64,000 nucleotides of DNA, from the sequence record ON528743, one strand, 5' to 3'. Under the pieces are notes generated by a model, which was not told where the DNA came from, ran no database searches, and was given only the letters and a program-made list of their open reading frames with translations. Of this stretch, positions 10,790-28,246 are shown piece by piece. The stretch comes from Shigella phage ESh33. A program made the translations under genes and the position numbers. Position 1 is the stretch's first letter. Each line of letters opens with the position of its first letter.

Positions 10790-12769
10790 TTAACCTGCAA
10801 GACCAGTTAACTCATCGAAATCTGCACCAGTAGCAGTTGCGACGAAATTCAAAGTAATATAATTTATACTGCGCGCCGGTTGGATGTAGAATGTTGCAAC
10901 AAACTCATTTCTATCAATTACTGACGGAGTGTTATTTGTTGTATCGCAAACTACACGATATTCATAAATTCCACCGAGAGCTTTAATTCCCTGTAAGTAC
11001 TGGGCAGTTTCTGTGCGGAATGATGAACGAGTAAACGCGTTGTTTAATTCGAACAAACGATATTTTGAACTACGTCCGATGTTCGTTTTCAACATATTAA
11101 ACAGACGACGAACGTTAATACGATCAAATGGAGAAGGAACAGAAGTAGCTGTTTTATCACCATACAATACGTAACCATCACCACCTGTACCAGTTACCGG
11201 GTTGATAGCTTCTTGGTATAAACGGTCGCGCTGAGCCTGGCGAGTTTCAATAGCCAGTTTAATAACGTTAAGAATCTGGCCACGATTATAACCAGCTGGA
11301 GACATCCAAGTCTGAGATACGTTATCAGTTCTTGCGCATAAACCAGCAATATCAGCTGCTAATGGAACCCAACGATTCACATCATTATATTTGTCATACT
11401 GATACTTATAGTTACCATCAATTGCTGCATAGGTTGAACTGATATTAAAGTTATTATCAGTGTATGAACCTGTTGCGGTTCTCCAGTTGACTAAGTTGTC
11501 AACAGCGCGAGTTACAGGAATTCCAACTACAGTTTCACGCGGTGGTGAGCACAATACTAAGCAATCCTGGCGAGCATCCCCAATTGAAACGACGTGTTTT
11601 TGGACAGTAGATGCTGTTTCTAAAGATTCACCGGCACAAGAACCCGCAATAAACAGTTGAACATCAACGGATTCACGGTCAGCAAAGAAGTCCCAAGCTT
11701 CCATCAAATCTCCTGCTGTTACTTCAGCATTTGATGATAATCCACCAGACAGAGTTAAAATTCCAGAGAAGCCTTCTGGCCAGTTTTGTGCAGTTGCAAA
11801 AATATATTCTGAGCCGCCTTTTGCGAAAAAGTCATCGATATAGATGTTACTATCGTAAATATCTTTTTCACCACGCTTAGTTGAAAGAACAACGCTTTGA
11901 ACAATAGCATCATTGCGACGAACTATAATAGCGTACTGTGAATCAGTTTGTGGTCCATATCCAAACACTGCTTTAGCAGTAGATGCACGAGTACCACCAC
12001 CTGGATAAATTGGGAGTAATGCAGAAGCTCCTTTTGCATAGTCAGCTTTAGATACGATTTCAATTTCAATTTTATCGCCTAATTCGCCTGGATAAAGAGC
12101 TACTACTCCTGGAATTCCGTATTTTTCGAGATTTGCTTGAAAGTCAACCGCTGTCATAGCAGCTTCAGCATTTTCAATTTCAGCTAATAAAATACCAGAA
12201 TCAGTAATAATTTTTCCAAGAGTTATTACTGCAGCTAAACCAGAGGAAGACGAAGAAATTTCCGCAGTCCAGTTAGAACCTAATTCCGGATATTCACCGA
12301 CTTCTTTCGCTTTAGCGATAATTTTTGCAGTAGGAATATTAATTTTCTTAATTTTTCCATCTGCGTCTACTTCGGTAATTTTACCTTCAGTTTCAATATC
12401 ATCTGAAACATATTTGACCGTGATTTTATCTCCAACTGCATAGTTACTACCTGGGGTAGAAATTGTGTATTCAATATTACCAGCAATTGGCGATGAGTTT
12501 TTAGCGGTATCTCTATCAACAGCACGAACTACTCGTAAGTCATTTCCGTATTGTAAGAAATTCATTGCAGACATAAAATAGTCAGCAGTTTCAGCTGTAG
12601 GTTGACCAAAAGTATTAACTAAATCTACTTCATTTGTAACCTGTTTAATTTGAAAAGCAGGACCCCACTGGAATTTACCGGCCAAAGCTGCTGTACCAGT
12701 AGAGTTATTAACCACGGTGCTTTGAACCGTAGTTTCTTTGAGCTCAATGCCCGGAGATAATAAAGTCAT
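10790..12769 (-). CDS. 18: tail sheath protein gp18
   Basis: 659 aa; T4 order and length. Confidence 0.9.
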   Translation of the reverse strand: MTLLSPGIELKETTVQSTVVNNSTGTAALAGKFQWGPAFQIKQVTNEVDLVNTFGQPTAETADYFMSAMNFLQYGNDLRVVRAVDRDTAKNSSPIAGNIEYTISTPGSNYAVGDKITVKYVSDDIETEGKITEVDADGKIKKINIPTAKIIAKAKEVGEYPELGSNWTAEISSSSSGLAAVITLGKIITDSGILLAEIENAEAAMTAVDFQANLEKYGIPGVVALYPGELGDKIEIEIVSKADYAKGASALLPIYPGGGTRASTAKAVFGYGPQTDSQYAIIVRRNDAIVQSVVLSTKRGEKDIYDSNIYIDDFFAKGGSEYIFATAQNWPEGFSGILTLSGGLSSNAEVTAGDLMEAWDFFADRESVDVQLFIAGSCAGESLETASTVQKHVVSIGDARQDCLVLCSPPRETVVGIPVTRAVDNLVNWRTATGSYTDNNFNISSTYAAIDGNYKYQYDKYNDVNRWVPLAADIAGLCARTDNVSQTWMSPAGYNRGQILNVIKLAIETRQAQRDRLYQEAINPVTGTGGDGYVLYGDKTATSVPSPFDRINVRRLFNMLKTNIGRSSKYRLFELNNAFTRSSFRTETAQYLQGIKALGGIYEYRVVCDTTNNTPSVIDRNEFVATFYIQPARSINYITLNFVATATGADFDELTGLAG

Positions 12770-12797
12770 TTTTAATCCTCTTTAATATGCTTTAATA

Positions 12798-15938
<3,141 letters not shown>

Positions 15939-15979
15939 GATTTCTCCTAATCTGGGCTTTAATTAGTTTATAATATTTA

Positions 15980-17681
<1,702 letters not shown>

Positions 17682-17683
17682 TT

Positions 17684-17710
17684 AAAAATCCTTTGGGGCC
17701 TTGCGGCCCC
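17684..17710 (-). terminator. intrinsic terminator after wac
   Basis: Minus strand GGGGCC-GCAA-GGCCCC followed by T-rich tract. Confidence 0.65.
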
Positions 17711-17713
17711 ATG

Positions 17714-19177
17714 TTATGCTGGTGATAAAAAGGTAGAAAGTAATACCCATTCGCCGTCTTTACGAACGTAAGCTTGGCCATCTTTTGGAGCTTCAGGAAT
17801 ATAACCTGCTTCTTGGAGAGCTTGAACATCACCTTGCAGAGAAGATATACTACCTTTAGCGGTATTCACTTCTTGTGTAACTGATGCAATGTTGGTTTCG
17901 TTAGCTTTTATTGAATTGGTTAATCCGCGTTCTTCGACAGTTGAACCATTTGGGTTAGTTCCATTTACTAAAGTATTTAACGCTACAACTTGCCCTTTAA
18001 TTCCTGTGCTGTTATTACCAATTTCTACCTGTAGGTTTTGAACATCGTTATTCAAGCCTGAAACAGAAGTTTCAATTGTAGAAACTCGGTTTAAAAGAGA
18101 CCCAGGAGGAGACGGTTGTCCACCGCTAGAATCAGTTCCAACAATTTGGTTTAACCACGAAACATTCGCTCTTAAACCGGATGAAGTGTTTTCACCCACA
18201 ATTCCGTTTAGAGCTTCGATTGAAGTTGTATTATCTTTGATTTGTCCTTTAATACTCGAAGGAATATCGTCTGAACCAATAGAAGTTTCAATAACGGTTA
18301 AACGCTGTTTAATACCTCCACTTTGATTTAGCTCTAAATTAATAGATGCAATATTATCAGTGTTTGTATTAACACTCGTGATAATCGAATTATTTCCCGG
18401 ATATCCTATTGAGGTCTTAATAACACTAATGTCAGACTCAACTGTTGTCTGTTTAGTGTCAATTTCATTTAAACGACTATAAACAGTTTGGGAAAATGAC
18501 GGCGGTTTCGGTCCAAGCTCTTCACGAAGATTGCCAACTTCAATAGTCAAAGAACCTACATCAGATTCAATAAATTTTGTTTCTAATTCGCTTAAACGTA
18601 TTCCCTGTGAAGTAATGACATCAGTATTATTAATAATGCGATGCTTCATTCCAGTGCTAGGATTTCCTACAACAGGAAGACCATTAATATCTTGACCTGT
18701 ATATTGACCTAATTCACGTTTAATCCAAAGTAAATCATTTCTGATCGTTCTATATACAGAGTTGGCCTCAGAGTTAAATGGACCAATATCAGCAAGAATG
18801 CTGTCAACCGTACTATTAGTTCCATTTAATATTTCTGTATGTTCACTGGTTAGCGTTTTAAGGTCAGAAATATCCTTTTTATTGATACTTATTTGAGCCA
18901 AAGCTTCAATATCACCAGATACATCTAAGATGCCCTGGATGGTTTTAATATCACTATTTGCGGTTTCTAAAGATGTTTTAAGTATTCCAATGTTTTTATC
19001 AAGAACTTCAACATTTCTTAGTACAGAAACTGTAGGTCTATTCATTGAACCTTCGCTTCCATACTGTGTGTCAGCTCCTAATATTTCTTCGCCGTTTTTA
19101 ATCCAGGAAATGCGGCTCTGGCCCTCCGCAGGAGGGCCGTCAACGAATGGTAAGTCATTCAGTACAATATCTGTCAT
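17714..19177 (-). CDS. wac: fibritin (whisker protein)
   Basis: 487 aa, long coiled-coil; T4 position between 12 and 13. Confidence 0.9.
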   Translation of the reverse strand: MTDIVLNDLPFVDGPPAEGQSRISWIKNGEEILGADTQYGSEGSMNRPTVSVLRNVEVLDKNIGILKTSLETANSDIKTIQGILDVSGDIEALAQISINKKDISDLKTLTSEHTEILNGTNSTVDSILADIGPFNSEANSVYRTIRNDLLWIKRELGQYTGQDINGLPVVGNPSTGMKHRIINNTDVITSQGIRLSELETKFIESDVGSLTIEVGNLREELGPKPPSFSQTVYSRLNEIDTKQTTVESDISVIKTSIGYPGNNSIITSVNTNTDNIASINLELNQSGGIKQRLTVIETSIGSDDIPSSIKGQIKDNTTSIEALNGIVGENTSSGLRANVSWLNQIVGTDSSGGQPSPPGSLLNRVSTIETSVSGLNNDVQNLQVEIGNNSTGIKGQVVALNTLVNGTNPNGSTVEERGLTNSIKANETNIASVTQEVNTAKGSISSLQGDVQALQEAGYIPEAPKDGQAYVRKDGEWVLLSTFLSPA

Positions 19178-20757
19178 TCTTTTACCTTAATTATGTAGTT
19201 TAAAGAAATGTTCCATGGACGTGTTTCATTTCCAATTAATTCAGGACGATTTAATGTATATTTGGAATTTCGTTGTGATGCCGGGTCAATTTCATATCCG
19301 TCATTGGTGAAGTATGAACGGTTATCCCAGTCAAGTCCTTTACGTGTACCAACAAAATTTGATCTACGGGTATTACCGAATGCTCCAGAATCATCATGCT
19401 CACCAAATCCGCCAGCATGTTTATGATAAGACATCTGTTGTTTCTGTACTTCACCAACATATCCACCAGTACAACCTACACCTAATCTAGGCTTACCAAA
19501 CTGGTCATTACCATTAACATTTGGATTTGTTAAGTGAGAGCCACGACCAGAGCCGCGAACAAAAAGACCACGCATATCAGGTAATCCAGGATTTGATGAA
19601 CTTCCGCCGTATCTTGTTCCAATTCTAGAAGCATATAATGGACAATCTGATGCTGAAACAGTTCCACCGTGGCAAAAACGCCAAGCATCACTAGGAAGAC
19701 TATCAGCGGCCCACATCATAATAGCTCCGACAGGAATAGTTCTATCTATTTCATTCTGCGTTACAACACGCTTACCCTGAATATAACCACCGGTCATGTT
19801 AACTGTTCCGGTAATATTTGCTCCGCCTGAAGCTATTGTGAGCGTATTATTAATGCGAAGTGTTCCATTAATCGTTTGACCACCTCTTTGATGGATAACG
19901 TCAGCATTCCAAGCTAGTGCTGATGAAGCATCACCTCCACTCTGTGAGCCGGCGGTTGTAGTTAATTTAACTACGCCTCTCATTGACGTTGTAGAACCAC
20001 GACCATTAAGAGTTGCGCCAGTAACCGCAACAGAAGCATTATTCGAGTTAACTTCTGATTGTGTTCCTAATTTAATTACGCCTTTATATTCTTCAGTAGC
20101 AGTAGAATTCATTAGCGTATAAGGAGAAATTGCATAGCCTTCTCTTAAGGTTCCTTGACGAACTTGAGCTACTGTCGCTAATTGAACAACACCTTGGTCC
20201 GATTCGGTAGCTGTGGTTTCAGAAGGAGCGATTTGCGCAATTAGTTTAATAGCTAACTGCTGCGTTTTTAACGGAGTCATCGCAGTAGTATCATCTGCGC
20301 CAGCTAATGCTTGCGGTAGAGATGAAATTTTAATAACTCCATTTGATGATTCAGTTGAAACTCGTGTTTCAAATGCATTATTAAGGGCAACAGTAAATTT
20401 AGCAGGAGTTATAGAAGATTCATTATTAACTCCAGCAATCGCTTCATCATCTGTTGAATATCTTGTTAATCCGTAAACAGTTTCAGTTGCGTTTGGATAA
20501 GATAATCTTGTTGCCAACGTTGCGGGTGTAACTGCTTTGGTATTATCAGTTCCGTCGATAACTTCTTGTTCAGTGGCAAGAAATAAAATTCCTTTTGTTG
20601 TTGATGATGCATCAGGAACTCCATTTACACCAGCAGGAGAAATGGCTGCTATAGCAGCCTGAACATCAGTAATCTCTGCCGGAAAATTTGTACCAGTTGG
20701 ATCAAATTTTACATAGCGAGATTCATTAGAAACGTGTTGATATGTATTATTACTCAT
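19174..20757 (-). CDS. 12: short tail fibre protein gp12
   Basis: 527 aa; T4 order and length. Confidence 0.9.
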   Translation of the reverse strand: MSNNTYQHVSNESRYVKFDPTGTNFPAEITDVQAAIAAISPAGVNGVPDASSTTKGILFLATEQEVIDGTDNTKAVTPATLATRLSYPNATETVYGLTRYSTDDEAIAGVNNESSITPAKFTVALNNAFETRVSTESSNGVIKISSLPQALAGADDTTAMTPLKTQQLAIKLIAQIAPSETTATESDQGVVQLATVAQVRQGTLREGYAISPYTLMNSTATEEYKGVIKLGTQSEVNSNNASVAVTGATLNGRGSTTSMRGVVKLTTTAGSQSGGDASSALAWNADVIHQRGGQTINGTLRINNTLTIASGGANITGTVNMTGGYIQGKRVVTQNEIDRTIPVGAIMMWAADSLPSDAWRFCHGGTVSASDCPLYASRIGTRYGGSSSNPGLPDMRGLFVRGSGRGSHLTNPNVNGNDQFGKPRLGVGCTGGYVGEVQKQQMSYHKHAGGFGEHDDSGAFGNTRRSNFVGTRKGLDWDNRSYFTNDGYEIDPASQRNSKYTLNRPELIGNETRPWNISLNYIIKVKE

Positions 20758-21413
20758 GCTGTTCTCTCAAAATGATAAAGTACTATTGGAGTTTGCTGAT
20801 TATCTAAAGTTACAGTTTGTGCACCAAGCAAATTCCATGTGCCATATCCAGGCTTAGATTCTGAAATAATTTCTTGGGAAATAGTTATTCCATATGTGGA
20901 ATATGTGCTTAATACATGTTTCTGATTATCTAAATAAGTAACTTCTAATTTACTACCATCGGTTGGATGGTCTTTATATGAATTGATAGCAGTAAATGAC
21001 GCAATAGCTTCTTGTAGAGCAACACGAACTTTGGCGACAAACTCAATAGCTGTCATTCCGGTTGTTGCTGAAACTGGAAGACCGAATACTAATACAGTAA
21101 CAGGAGAACCAGGAGGAAGCGAATCATCTGTTACAGTTCCCGAAAACGCCCAATAATCAGTTTGAGAAACACCCTCAGGAGAAACACCAGTTTTATTAGT
21201 AATAATTGTACCAACGTCTTTTATAGAAAAATTATGAACATCATTAATAGCTGATTCTACGTTTGGTTCATAGAATCCTTTCGCTAATTGAGAAATTGTC
21301 ACTGACCCAACTGATTGATGATTCATTACATCTATATTACCAGCTTTAGGTCTAAAACCAAGAAAATCGGCTAAGCGGGAAATAACTCCCGCTTTATTAT
21401 TAAGTAAACTCAT
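20754..21413 (-). CDS. 11: baseplate wedge protein gp11 (short tail fibre attachment)
   Basis: Start set to ATG overlapping gene 10 stop (219 aa, matches T4); track start 21431 is an upstream extension. Confidence 0.85.
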   Translation of the reverse strand: MSLLNNKAGVISRLADFLGFRPKAGNIDVMNHQSVGSVTISQLAKGFYEPNVESAINDVHNFSIKDVGTIITNKTGVSPEGVSQTDYWAFSGTVTDDSLPPGSPVTVLVFGLPVSATTGMTAIEFVAKVRVALQEAIASFTAINSYKDHPTDGSKLEVTYLDNQKHVLSTYSTYGITISQEIISESKPGYGTWNLLGAQTVTLDNQQTPIVLYHFERTA

Positions 21414-23221
21414 TATGCAATCCTTATCCAACGATAAACTGTAATATATGGTTGAATGTTAGTTATTGATGTTGGCGGAGTGTGAGTAGAGTTAGTAGAT
21501 GCTTTAGCTTCACGGTATTTAGTGTAAATTGGACCGGATTCATCTGGATCGTATTGACACCCACCAACAATGACTGATCCATTTTCATCAACTATTAGAA
21601 CTTCTTCATCTGTTTCAGTTGCAGGAAGATTAGCATTTTCCAATGTAACAGAAGTAGAACCACCTGTTCCACCTGCAGTATGCGAAGGATTTCCGCCAGA
21701 ATCTAAATCGTTGTTATTTAGAGCAAAATTCGGATCTGAAATATCTTCATTCCATCCAACTAAAACTTTTCCTTGCCCAAATAATTTCCATGAGCCGAAT
21801 CCCATATATGTAACAGGGTTGTTTGGATTAACAGCGTTTTCATATATAGTTCCAATAGGATAAATCGTATCAAAGATATTTGAAACAGCATTAAATTCGC
21901 GTTGATAAGATTGAACTGCTTCTACATTTGGCCAACCAATTTTATCGAAGTCTGTTAAATTTACATCACCGGAAATATCTACTCCTGGTCCTTGCGATAC
22001 ATAGAGATTATCAGTTTCATCAATAATCTCATCTTTTGTTAATAATGTACCTAAATCATTATTAAACCAGGTGATATTGATAATGTCGCCATGCTCAAAT
22101 ACTCTATCGAAATGTAAAATTTCTGGTATGCCGTTTTCATCAGTTTCAACTGAATAGTCTGTGTGAGACTGTTCCCAAGTTCCACCTAAAACAGAGCATT
22201 CTACTTCGTCGTCTGAATCAGCACCAACACAATGAAATAATGGCATTCCAACTGTTCCAGCCAATTCTTGTAAAATTCCATTAAAACGAACCTCAAGAGA
22301 ATTAGGATTAATAGGTTCACCTGGAATTAATCCAAAAGCTGAAAATGGAATTGATTTCATTGTTGATAAATCAGTAACGTAAATGCTTCCTTCTAAAGAA
22401 GTCTTTGACGTTAATTTTGAATCTAACACTCTAATTTGACGTCTTGTATATGAACTTCTCCACTGTGATACGCCATCCATAAATGTTTCAATTTGAACAG
22501 TATCACCAATATTACAAGGCTGTCTTAATCGAATATTAAATCCATCAAGAGGAACTAATTCACCTTCGCTTTCGCCCGGAGAGCCAAAATCGCTGTTTTC
22601 GCTAAATACATCGCCATAATATAATTCGTTACCACGATGTTTTACTCTGATGTTATTTACATTATAACTAGTTCCACGGAAAACATCTAAAAAGTCTGTT
22701 TGTCCTTGGACTTCGACTAAAAATTCTTTACGAGCTACATTACTAATGTCTGAACTGGTAATTTTGTCAATTTGCTTATTTTTGACATATTCCCAACGTC
22801 CTGGGGCGCAATACACTAATTCCAAATCGCTGAATTGAACATTAATTTCAACTGGTACCGCAGACCCTTTAATTGTATCGCCGGAAGCAGCTACTAATGT
22901 AACTGGGTTGACGTTCCATGTAGCAAATACGTCTCTAGCTCTAATTACCTTGTTGTAATCATTGACAGTTCCTTTTGGAAGATTTATAGTCACTCTTCCA
23001 GAAGAGGTATTAATAGCGTATGATTTTCCCCATTCGGCTTTTAGTGTTTGACCAGATGAAGCATCATAAGTTTTCCAGGCACCGGCTGAATATGGAACAT
23101 CTCCATCACCAAGCTCGTAATAAAGCTCATCAAAGTTTTCATTTATTTTTATACCACCTTTACGCAGGTAGTCACCGGTACCATCATCTACAACATTACC
23201 GATATTAATATTTTGTTTCAT
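21413..23221 (-). CDS. 10: baseplate wedge protein gp10
   Basis: 602 aa; T4 order and length. Confidence 0.9.
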   Translation of the reverse strand: MKQNINIGNVVDDGTGDYLRKGGIKINENFDELYYELGDGDVPYSAGAWKTYDASSGQTLKAEWGKSYAINTSSGRVTINLPKGTVNDYNKVIRARDVFATWNVNPVTLVAASGDTIKGSAVPVEINVQFSDLELVYCAPGRWEYVKNKQIDKITSSDISNVARKEFLVEVQGQTDFLDVFRGTSYNVNNIRVKHRGNELYYGDVFSENSDFGSPGESEGELVPLDGFNIRLRQPCNIGDTVQIETFMDGVSQWRSSYTRRQIRVLDSKLTSKTSLEGSIYVTDLSTMKSIPFSAFGLIPGEPINPNSLEVRFNGILQELAGTVGMPLFHCVGADSDDEVECSVLGGTWEQSHTDYSVETDENGIPEILHFDRVFEHGDIINITWFNNDLGTLLTKDEIIDETDNLYVSQGPGVDISGDVNLTDFDKIGWPNVEAVQSYQREFNAVSNIFDTIYPIGTIYENAVNPNNPVTYMGFGSWKLFGQGKVLVGWNEDISDPNFALNNNDLDSGGNPSHTAGGTGGSTSVTLENANLPATETDEEVLIVDENGSVIVGGCQYDPDESGPIYTKYREAKASTNSTHTPPTSITNIQPYITVYRWIRIA

Positions 23222-24087
23222 TATTGAGCCACCCCGATTTTCTGCGTAGCGATAACTTTAACTGCTGCTCTCATACCGACAGTTGAAGAACTTATAGTCG
23301 CCGTTACGTAATTTTCTTTAATACTAAATGCAATATTAGCGATTTCGTCTTCTTCGGTTTCATTCCCAACTCGCATGACAGCATATTCAGAAGAAATGAC
23401 CTCTGAATTAACAGTATCCACAAGAATATTTATTTCTGCTGTTTTAATTTTTCTTCCATCTACCGATTGGCATGTAACTAGCAATTTAGCCATATTGTAT
23501 TCAGTGCGATGAAATAATGGAATATCAACTGATCCGGATGTAGAAATATTCCATGTACCTTCAGCTGGTGATTCCTTTTGTCCAAACATGCTTTCAATAG
23601 AATAATTCCAAACCGATGTAGAATTATCAGATGAAATACAGCGTAAAGTTACTTTACTATATGGGCTAGTTACTACTAAATTACCCGAAACACCTTTAAT
23701 TGAATCAATCGCTTGAATCGTTAAAGGATTAGTAACTGATATAGATCCATTTGAGTTAATAAATTCAACACAGTCGCCAAGTTCGCCTCTTTCAATGATA
23801 ACTTTAACACCTACAGTAGAGGTATCAATATCATGCCTAGTGCCAACTTTTACTGGAGTTGCGTACTCTGCAATAGAGTGTTTTTGATAATATCCAGTAG
23901 CATGAATAATTTGGCCATCTGCTCCAGTTCCATTTGCTACTGCCATTTTACGTTGATCGCCAAACGCATTATAAATTGCGTTAAAATCACTATTAATTTT
24001 ATTACCACCGTCGAATAAGATATCACCAGTAGAAGCGTTACCAATTTCGCCGGTATCAATCAATTTCTTTGGTTCTTGAATGAACAT
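23221..24087 (-). CDS. 9: baseplate wedge protein gp9 (long tail fibre socket)
   Basis: 288 aa; T4 order and length. Confidence 0.9.
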   Translation of the reverse strand: MFIQEPKKLIDTGEIGNASTGDILFDGGNKINSDFNAIYNAFGDQRKMAVANGTGADGQIIHATGYYQKHSIAEYATPVKVGTRHDIDTSTVGVKVIIERGELGDCVEFINSNGSISVTNPLTIQAIDSIKGVSGNLVVTSPYSKVTLRCISSDNSTSVWNYSIESMFGQKESPAEGTWNISTSGSVDIPLFHRTEYNMAKLLVTCQSVDGRKIKTAEINILVDTVNSEVISSEYAVMRVGNETEEDEIANIAFSIKENYVTATISSSTVGMRAAVKVIATQKIGVAQ

Positions 24088-24111
24088 AGCGGTTTCCTTA
24101 TGAGTTTATAG

Positions 24112-24119
24112 TATTTATA
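24112..24119 (-). promoter_or_regulatory. late promoter for gene 9
   Basis: TATAAATA on minus strand between gene 8 terminator and gene 9 start. Confidence 0.65.
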
Positions 24120-24120
24120 A

Positions 24121-24145
24121 AGAAAAAGGGAGCCCATGGGCTCCC
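24121..24145 (-). terminator. intrinsic terminator after gene 8
   Basis: Palindrome GGGAGCCC-A-TGGGCTCCC followed on minus strand by TTTTTCTTT. Confidence 0.7.
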
Positions 24146-24150
24146 TTAAG

Positions 24151-25155
24151 TTAAAATGTAAACAGAATATTGATTTCTTCTGTTTGATCCATTGCCATGA
24201 TAATAGGTGGCCTATTTTCCATATAAATCATTTCGCCCGAATGCCTCATTAAATCTTCCGGATCATAATAATCCTTTTCAGCTTTAACGTTTGGGTCATT
24301 TGGATGAGCTTTAGCTTCAAGAGGATTCGTGATTATTGATATTTGTCTAAATCCTTTATTTCCCGGCAATGCAGCTTCTGGAAAATAAACTGAATCTAAA
24401 TATGCTTTAAAACGGATAGTATTTGCCTTAACACGGTAAATTAATCCAAAATCATCTTGTTGCCAAGTGAGATTATCTTCATACCCCCATCTAGCCGGGT
24501 CTTCTTTTAATTCCTCAGGCCAAGGAACCACGATATATTCATTCGTGCATCTATTTATAGATACATCAGGCGGAATCTCAAAAAGATATTCCCAAACATA
24601 TCCGTCTCCTGGTTCGATTGTTCCTTCCGCGTCTCCTCGACCTTCAGGAGGAGTCATTGACCTAACAGAAGGAGTCCATTTTCCACCTAACTTAAGGCAT
24701 TCATCTTTATCAGTTAAAGATGCTATTGAACACATTCCTGTGTCAGGAACATCTAAACAGCGATATACTAACCAGCCTGCGCCTGATTCAGTAGCATTGT
24801 AAGGAGCTGAGTTACACACTACAATATCGTTAATTCTAAATGTATATGGATCCGGATATCTAGTATCTCCCCAATCTCTACGAGGAATAACTGCATCAAG
24901 CATAGATGGAAGAACCTTTACGGTTCCCATCATATGCGTCCACATGTCAGTTACGCCTAATACAGAATCAGTTGGATAAGGTGGAGCAAAGCCCACCTCA
25001 TTTTCATTTGATGACCACGGTTCTGATCTTCCAAATGTGATAAAGATAGTGTTTTTATCCGGACCACTTCCAATTGAATTATAAAAATTCAACATTTTTT
25101 CTGTTCTAAATTTTGAAGTAACTATCGCACGATAGATAACACTTGAATCATTCAT
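24151..25155 (-). CDS. 8: baseplate wedge protein gp8
   Basis: 334 aa; T4 order and length. Confidence 0.9.
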   Translation of the reverse strand: MNDSSVIYRAIVTSKFRTEKMLNFYNSIGSGPDKNTIFITFGRSEPWSSNENEVGFAPPYPTDSVLGVTDMWTHMMGTVKVLPSMLDAVIPRRDWGDTRYPDPYTFRINDIVVCNSAPYNATESGAGWLVYRCLDVPDTGMCSIASLTDKDECLKLGGKWTPSVRSMTPPEGRGDAEGTIEPGDGYVWEYLFEIPPDVSINRCTNEYIVVPWPEELKEDPARWGYEDNLTWQQDDFGLIYRVKANTIRFKAYLDSVYFPEAALPGNKGFRQISIITNPLEAKAHPNDPNVKAEKDYYDPEDLMRHSGEMIYMENRPPIIMAMDQTEEINILFTF

Positions 25156-28100
25156 CTATTTTAACCTGTGTTGGATTTTCAGGGTCTCTTGGATTTCCTA
25201 TATTATCTTTTAGACGTTTATTAACTAAATCTCTAAATTGCGCAAATGTTGTTCCAGATGCGTCAAATAGAGGACTCATTAATTTACGTCGTTCAGACGG
25301 CAATTGACCTTGAAATATTGAATTGTTATTTTCAGCATTATAGTCATCAGGAAGAGGATATTCTACACCAGCCATTGGGCCAGGCTCATAAATTGCTTCG
25401 CCTGTTACCGAATCATGCTCAATTTCACCAGTCGGAGTTAATTTAGCTACTCTATCAGCATATTCAGTAGGCAATCCAGAATCCCATTTATAGTTTTTGT
25501 ATTTATTAATTATGGTCTCTGTATGTTTAAGAGTTAAACCAACATTAATAAACATAGTTAAAAGGGTAATTGCTATAAATCCAAATCCTACTGGATGAAC
25601 AAAACGAATAACGTCAGATTTCCAGCGGGAAGAAGGTAAGTTGGATTTAATTTTCATTACATAATATGATCGACTTCTATTAATATAGTCTATATTATTT
25701 TGAAGCAAATCCTTTCCTTTAACCCCACGAATAATTTCGCCTTCAAAACTAGGAAGTCTTTCTGCTTTAACTTCTTGACCGGCAATCAATCTTCCCAAAA
25801 GATTATGAATAGTTACGGTCCATTGCAATTTACCATTAGAATAGCTTCTTTCTATATAAGTAACATTACATCTTCCTGTAGCTGTATAAATCGTTTGTCC
25901 TACTAAGTCTTCAGTCAAAGAATCAGATTGAACGATTATATCATATTCAGTACCAGCCCCAGATTCAATTTCAATTTCAACTTCTTCATTATAAAGAACT
26001 TTAAAAAGAAATTTGTATGATGCTTCAATTCCTTTAGTAGAATAAAAATCATAGCTACGTGATTCGAAAAATCTTGTAACAGCATCACGTTTGTCAGCAT
26101 TTAAATAAATGTTTCTTTTATATATCTCTGACCACAAATATTCCCATGCATGCTCTTCTCGTGGATATTTGTTACGAATTAAATTTCGTAAATTGTTATA
26201 CTGAGTTCCATATCCATCAGAAAGATACTGAATATATGCTTCGCAAAATGCCTCAAAATTCGAATCCTGCAACAAATAAGAATCAGGCATCATTGTGCCA
26301 ATCAATGGTCTTAAATCAGGGTCAGCTAATCCACGCTCTTCTTCGGGCGACCAAGGAGTTTCATGCTCTTGGTTTTGTAAAAATGCTTTTAAAAATACTT
26401 CAGTTGGCTTCCAAATAATTTCGACAGTGTCTCTAACACGATAGTTAAAATCATAGTAAGAAATTATTTCACCAGAGGCTTTATAGAAAAGCATCCCAGA
26501 TGCATATTTTTTAAATCCAGTGAATTTAACATTTGGCATTACTATAGTACAATCGCCATCATCCCAGTATTCATGAACTAATCTATCTGGTGATGTTTCC
26601 GGAATATTTTCTATAACTTTAGTGTATTTTAAATCAGCATAAACTACTACAACCTTATCGGAGTTGTTTATCCAACAACGTGTGTTAGATTTTTTAGACC
26701 AGTTAAAGAACGGTTCTGCGTAGTATTTCATCGGCTGAGGCGTAAAAGTTTCCCAATCAGACTTTTCATCTGCTATAAATGCCATCATATGATAATGCTT
26801 ATCAGCTAACCATTCACGAGGAAATTCATATTTAACAGCACCGATTAACTGATATTTTGCTGCAGTTTCAGGGTCATTAACAACATTATCACTTAAAAAT
26901 TTAAAATTACTCGATGATAGAGAAACTAATTTACCATCAGTTGACATATTCGCATACCCCGGTTGAATACGTCTTCTTTCTTCTTCAGTGTTGCCAAAAA
27001 CTCTTTTCCACGTTTTTGTGTCGTGATTTAAAACATATATTCCTTTATCAGCAGAATCAATTATTTTTGATGTTCTAGGATTAGCATTTAATGTTTCAAC
27101 TTCACCGATAATAAGAGCAAAAACTTTATCACCGATAGAATCCATTTTATAGCATACTGCTTTAGGATTTCCGGTTATAGTCATCGTATCAGGTTCAAAA
27201 AGCCTTTCCGAATATGTTGGAGATAATGGATCAGAATCTATAGGTGCATTGCTCGTTTTTATGTATCTAACTTTGTCTCTGGCGACAACGTAAATGTAGT
27301 CATCGGTGCAAGTAATAGCTTCTGCAATGCGATATACATTCGCTGGTAAAGTCGCGTAAGTGGCAAAAATTTCTACATCAAATCCTAAATGTAATTGGTC
27401 GCCAAGTTTAGCGAATGTTATATCCTGAGAACTAAATCTGACATCATCAGCTGACCATCTAACATCAGTCGATTTGCGGCTATAGAAAATCTTGTCGTAT
27501 CCTAGAACGTATGTTGTGTTCGCAGATTGGTAATATACTGTCTTAGATAAAGGATATCCTACGCGGTCATTGAAGAGCTTTACAGCTTTCCAAGTTTGTC
27601 CTTTATCATTGGATACTTTAACTACAGGTTGATAACGCTCAAAAAGGTATAGAATCCCTTCTGATTCCATCAAATAAACTCGGTTAATATCCTTACATAC
27701 TTGCTGAATAGAACCCTGTATTTCATGATACTCATTTTCACCAATAATAAAATTACTTATTGATGAAACATCAACATATGATGGGCTGAACTGAAATGAT
27801 TCATTCATCAATGCAGCCATTATAGTGTCATTATTAAAATTAACATAATCAGAATTATTAAGAGTAAATTTTTCCTGAATGAATTTATTAGCTAATTGCA
27901 TTTCAATCATGTTTTGAAATGTATAAGCATTTGTAGCAAAAGTTTCAAACTCTTCGGTATAAATCCAATCAGACTGCTCAAAATCTTGCGCAGCTGTAGC
28001 TACTCTAATAACGTATGATGTCAATGGGTCAGCATCATCAAAAAAGAAGCTGTTATTTGCAGTATATCCTAAGTTAATCCATCTGTATTGATTACTCGGG

Positions 28101-28246
28101 AGATTTTCCCCCGAGTTTGTTTTTGTCTCAGCGATTTCTACAAAATAGTAGAAATTAGCACCAACGTCATCCCAGCGTACTTGCACCTGATTTGCGGATA
28201 ACTTGGAAATTCTGAGACTAGTGACTGAAGGTGCTTTTACTGTCAT
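25148..28246 (-). CDS. 7: baseplate wedge initiator gp7
   Basis: 1032 aa; T4 order and length. Confidence 0.9.
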   Translation of the reverse strand: MTVKAPSVTSLRISKLSANQVQVRWDDVGANFYYFVEIAETKTNSGENLPSNQYRWINLGYTANNSFFFDDADPLTSYVIRVATAAQDFEQSDWIYTEEFETFATNAYTFQNMIEMQLANKFIQEKFTLNNSDYVNFNNDTIMAALMNESFQFSPSYVDVSSISNFIIGENEYHEIQGSIQQVCKDINRVYLMESEGILYLFERYQPVVKVSNDKGQTWKAVKLFNDRVGYPLSKTVYYQSANTTYVLGYDKIFYSRKSTDVRWSADDVRFSSQDITFAKLGDQLHLGFDVEIFATYATLPANVYRIAEAITCTDDYIYVVARDKVRYIKTSNAPIDSDPLSPTYSERLFEPDTMTITGNPKAVCYKMDSIGDKVFALIIGEVETLNANPRTSKIIDSADKGIYVLNHDTKTWKRVFGNTEEERRRIQPGYANMSTDGKLVSLSSSNFKFLSDNVVNDPETAAKYQLIGAVKYEFPREWLADKHYHMMAFIADEKSDWETFTPQPMKYYAEPFFNWSKKSNTRCWINNSDKVVVVYADLKYTKVIENIPETSPDRLVHEYWDDGDCTIVMPNVKFTGFKKYASGMLFYKASGEIISYYDFNYRVRDTVEIIWKPTEVFLKAFLQNQEHETPWSPEEERGLADPDLRPLIGTMMPDSYLLQDSNFEAFCEAYIQYLSDGYGTQYNNLRNLIRNKYPREEHAWEYLWSEIYKRNIYLNADKRDAVTRFFESRSYDFYSTKGIEASYKFLFKVLYNEEVEIEIESGAGTEYDIIVQSDSLTEDLVGQTIYTATGRCNVTYIERSYSNGKLQWTVTIHNLLGRLIAGQEVKAERLPSFEGEIIRGVKGKDLLQNNIDYINRSRSYYVMKIKSNLPSSRWKSDVIRFVHPVGFGFIAITLLTMFINVGLTLKHTETIINKYKNYKWDSGLPTEYADRVAKLTPTGEIEHDSVTGEAIYEPGPMAGVEYPLPDDYNAENNNSIFQGQLPSERRKLMSPLFDASGTTFAQFRDLVNKRLKDNIGNPRDPENPTQVKIDE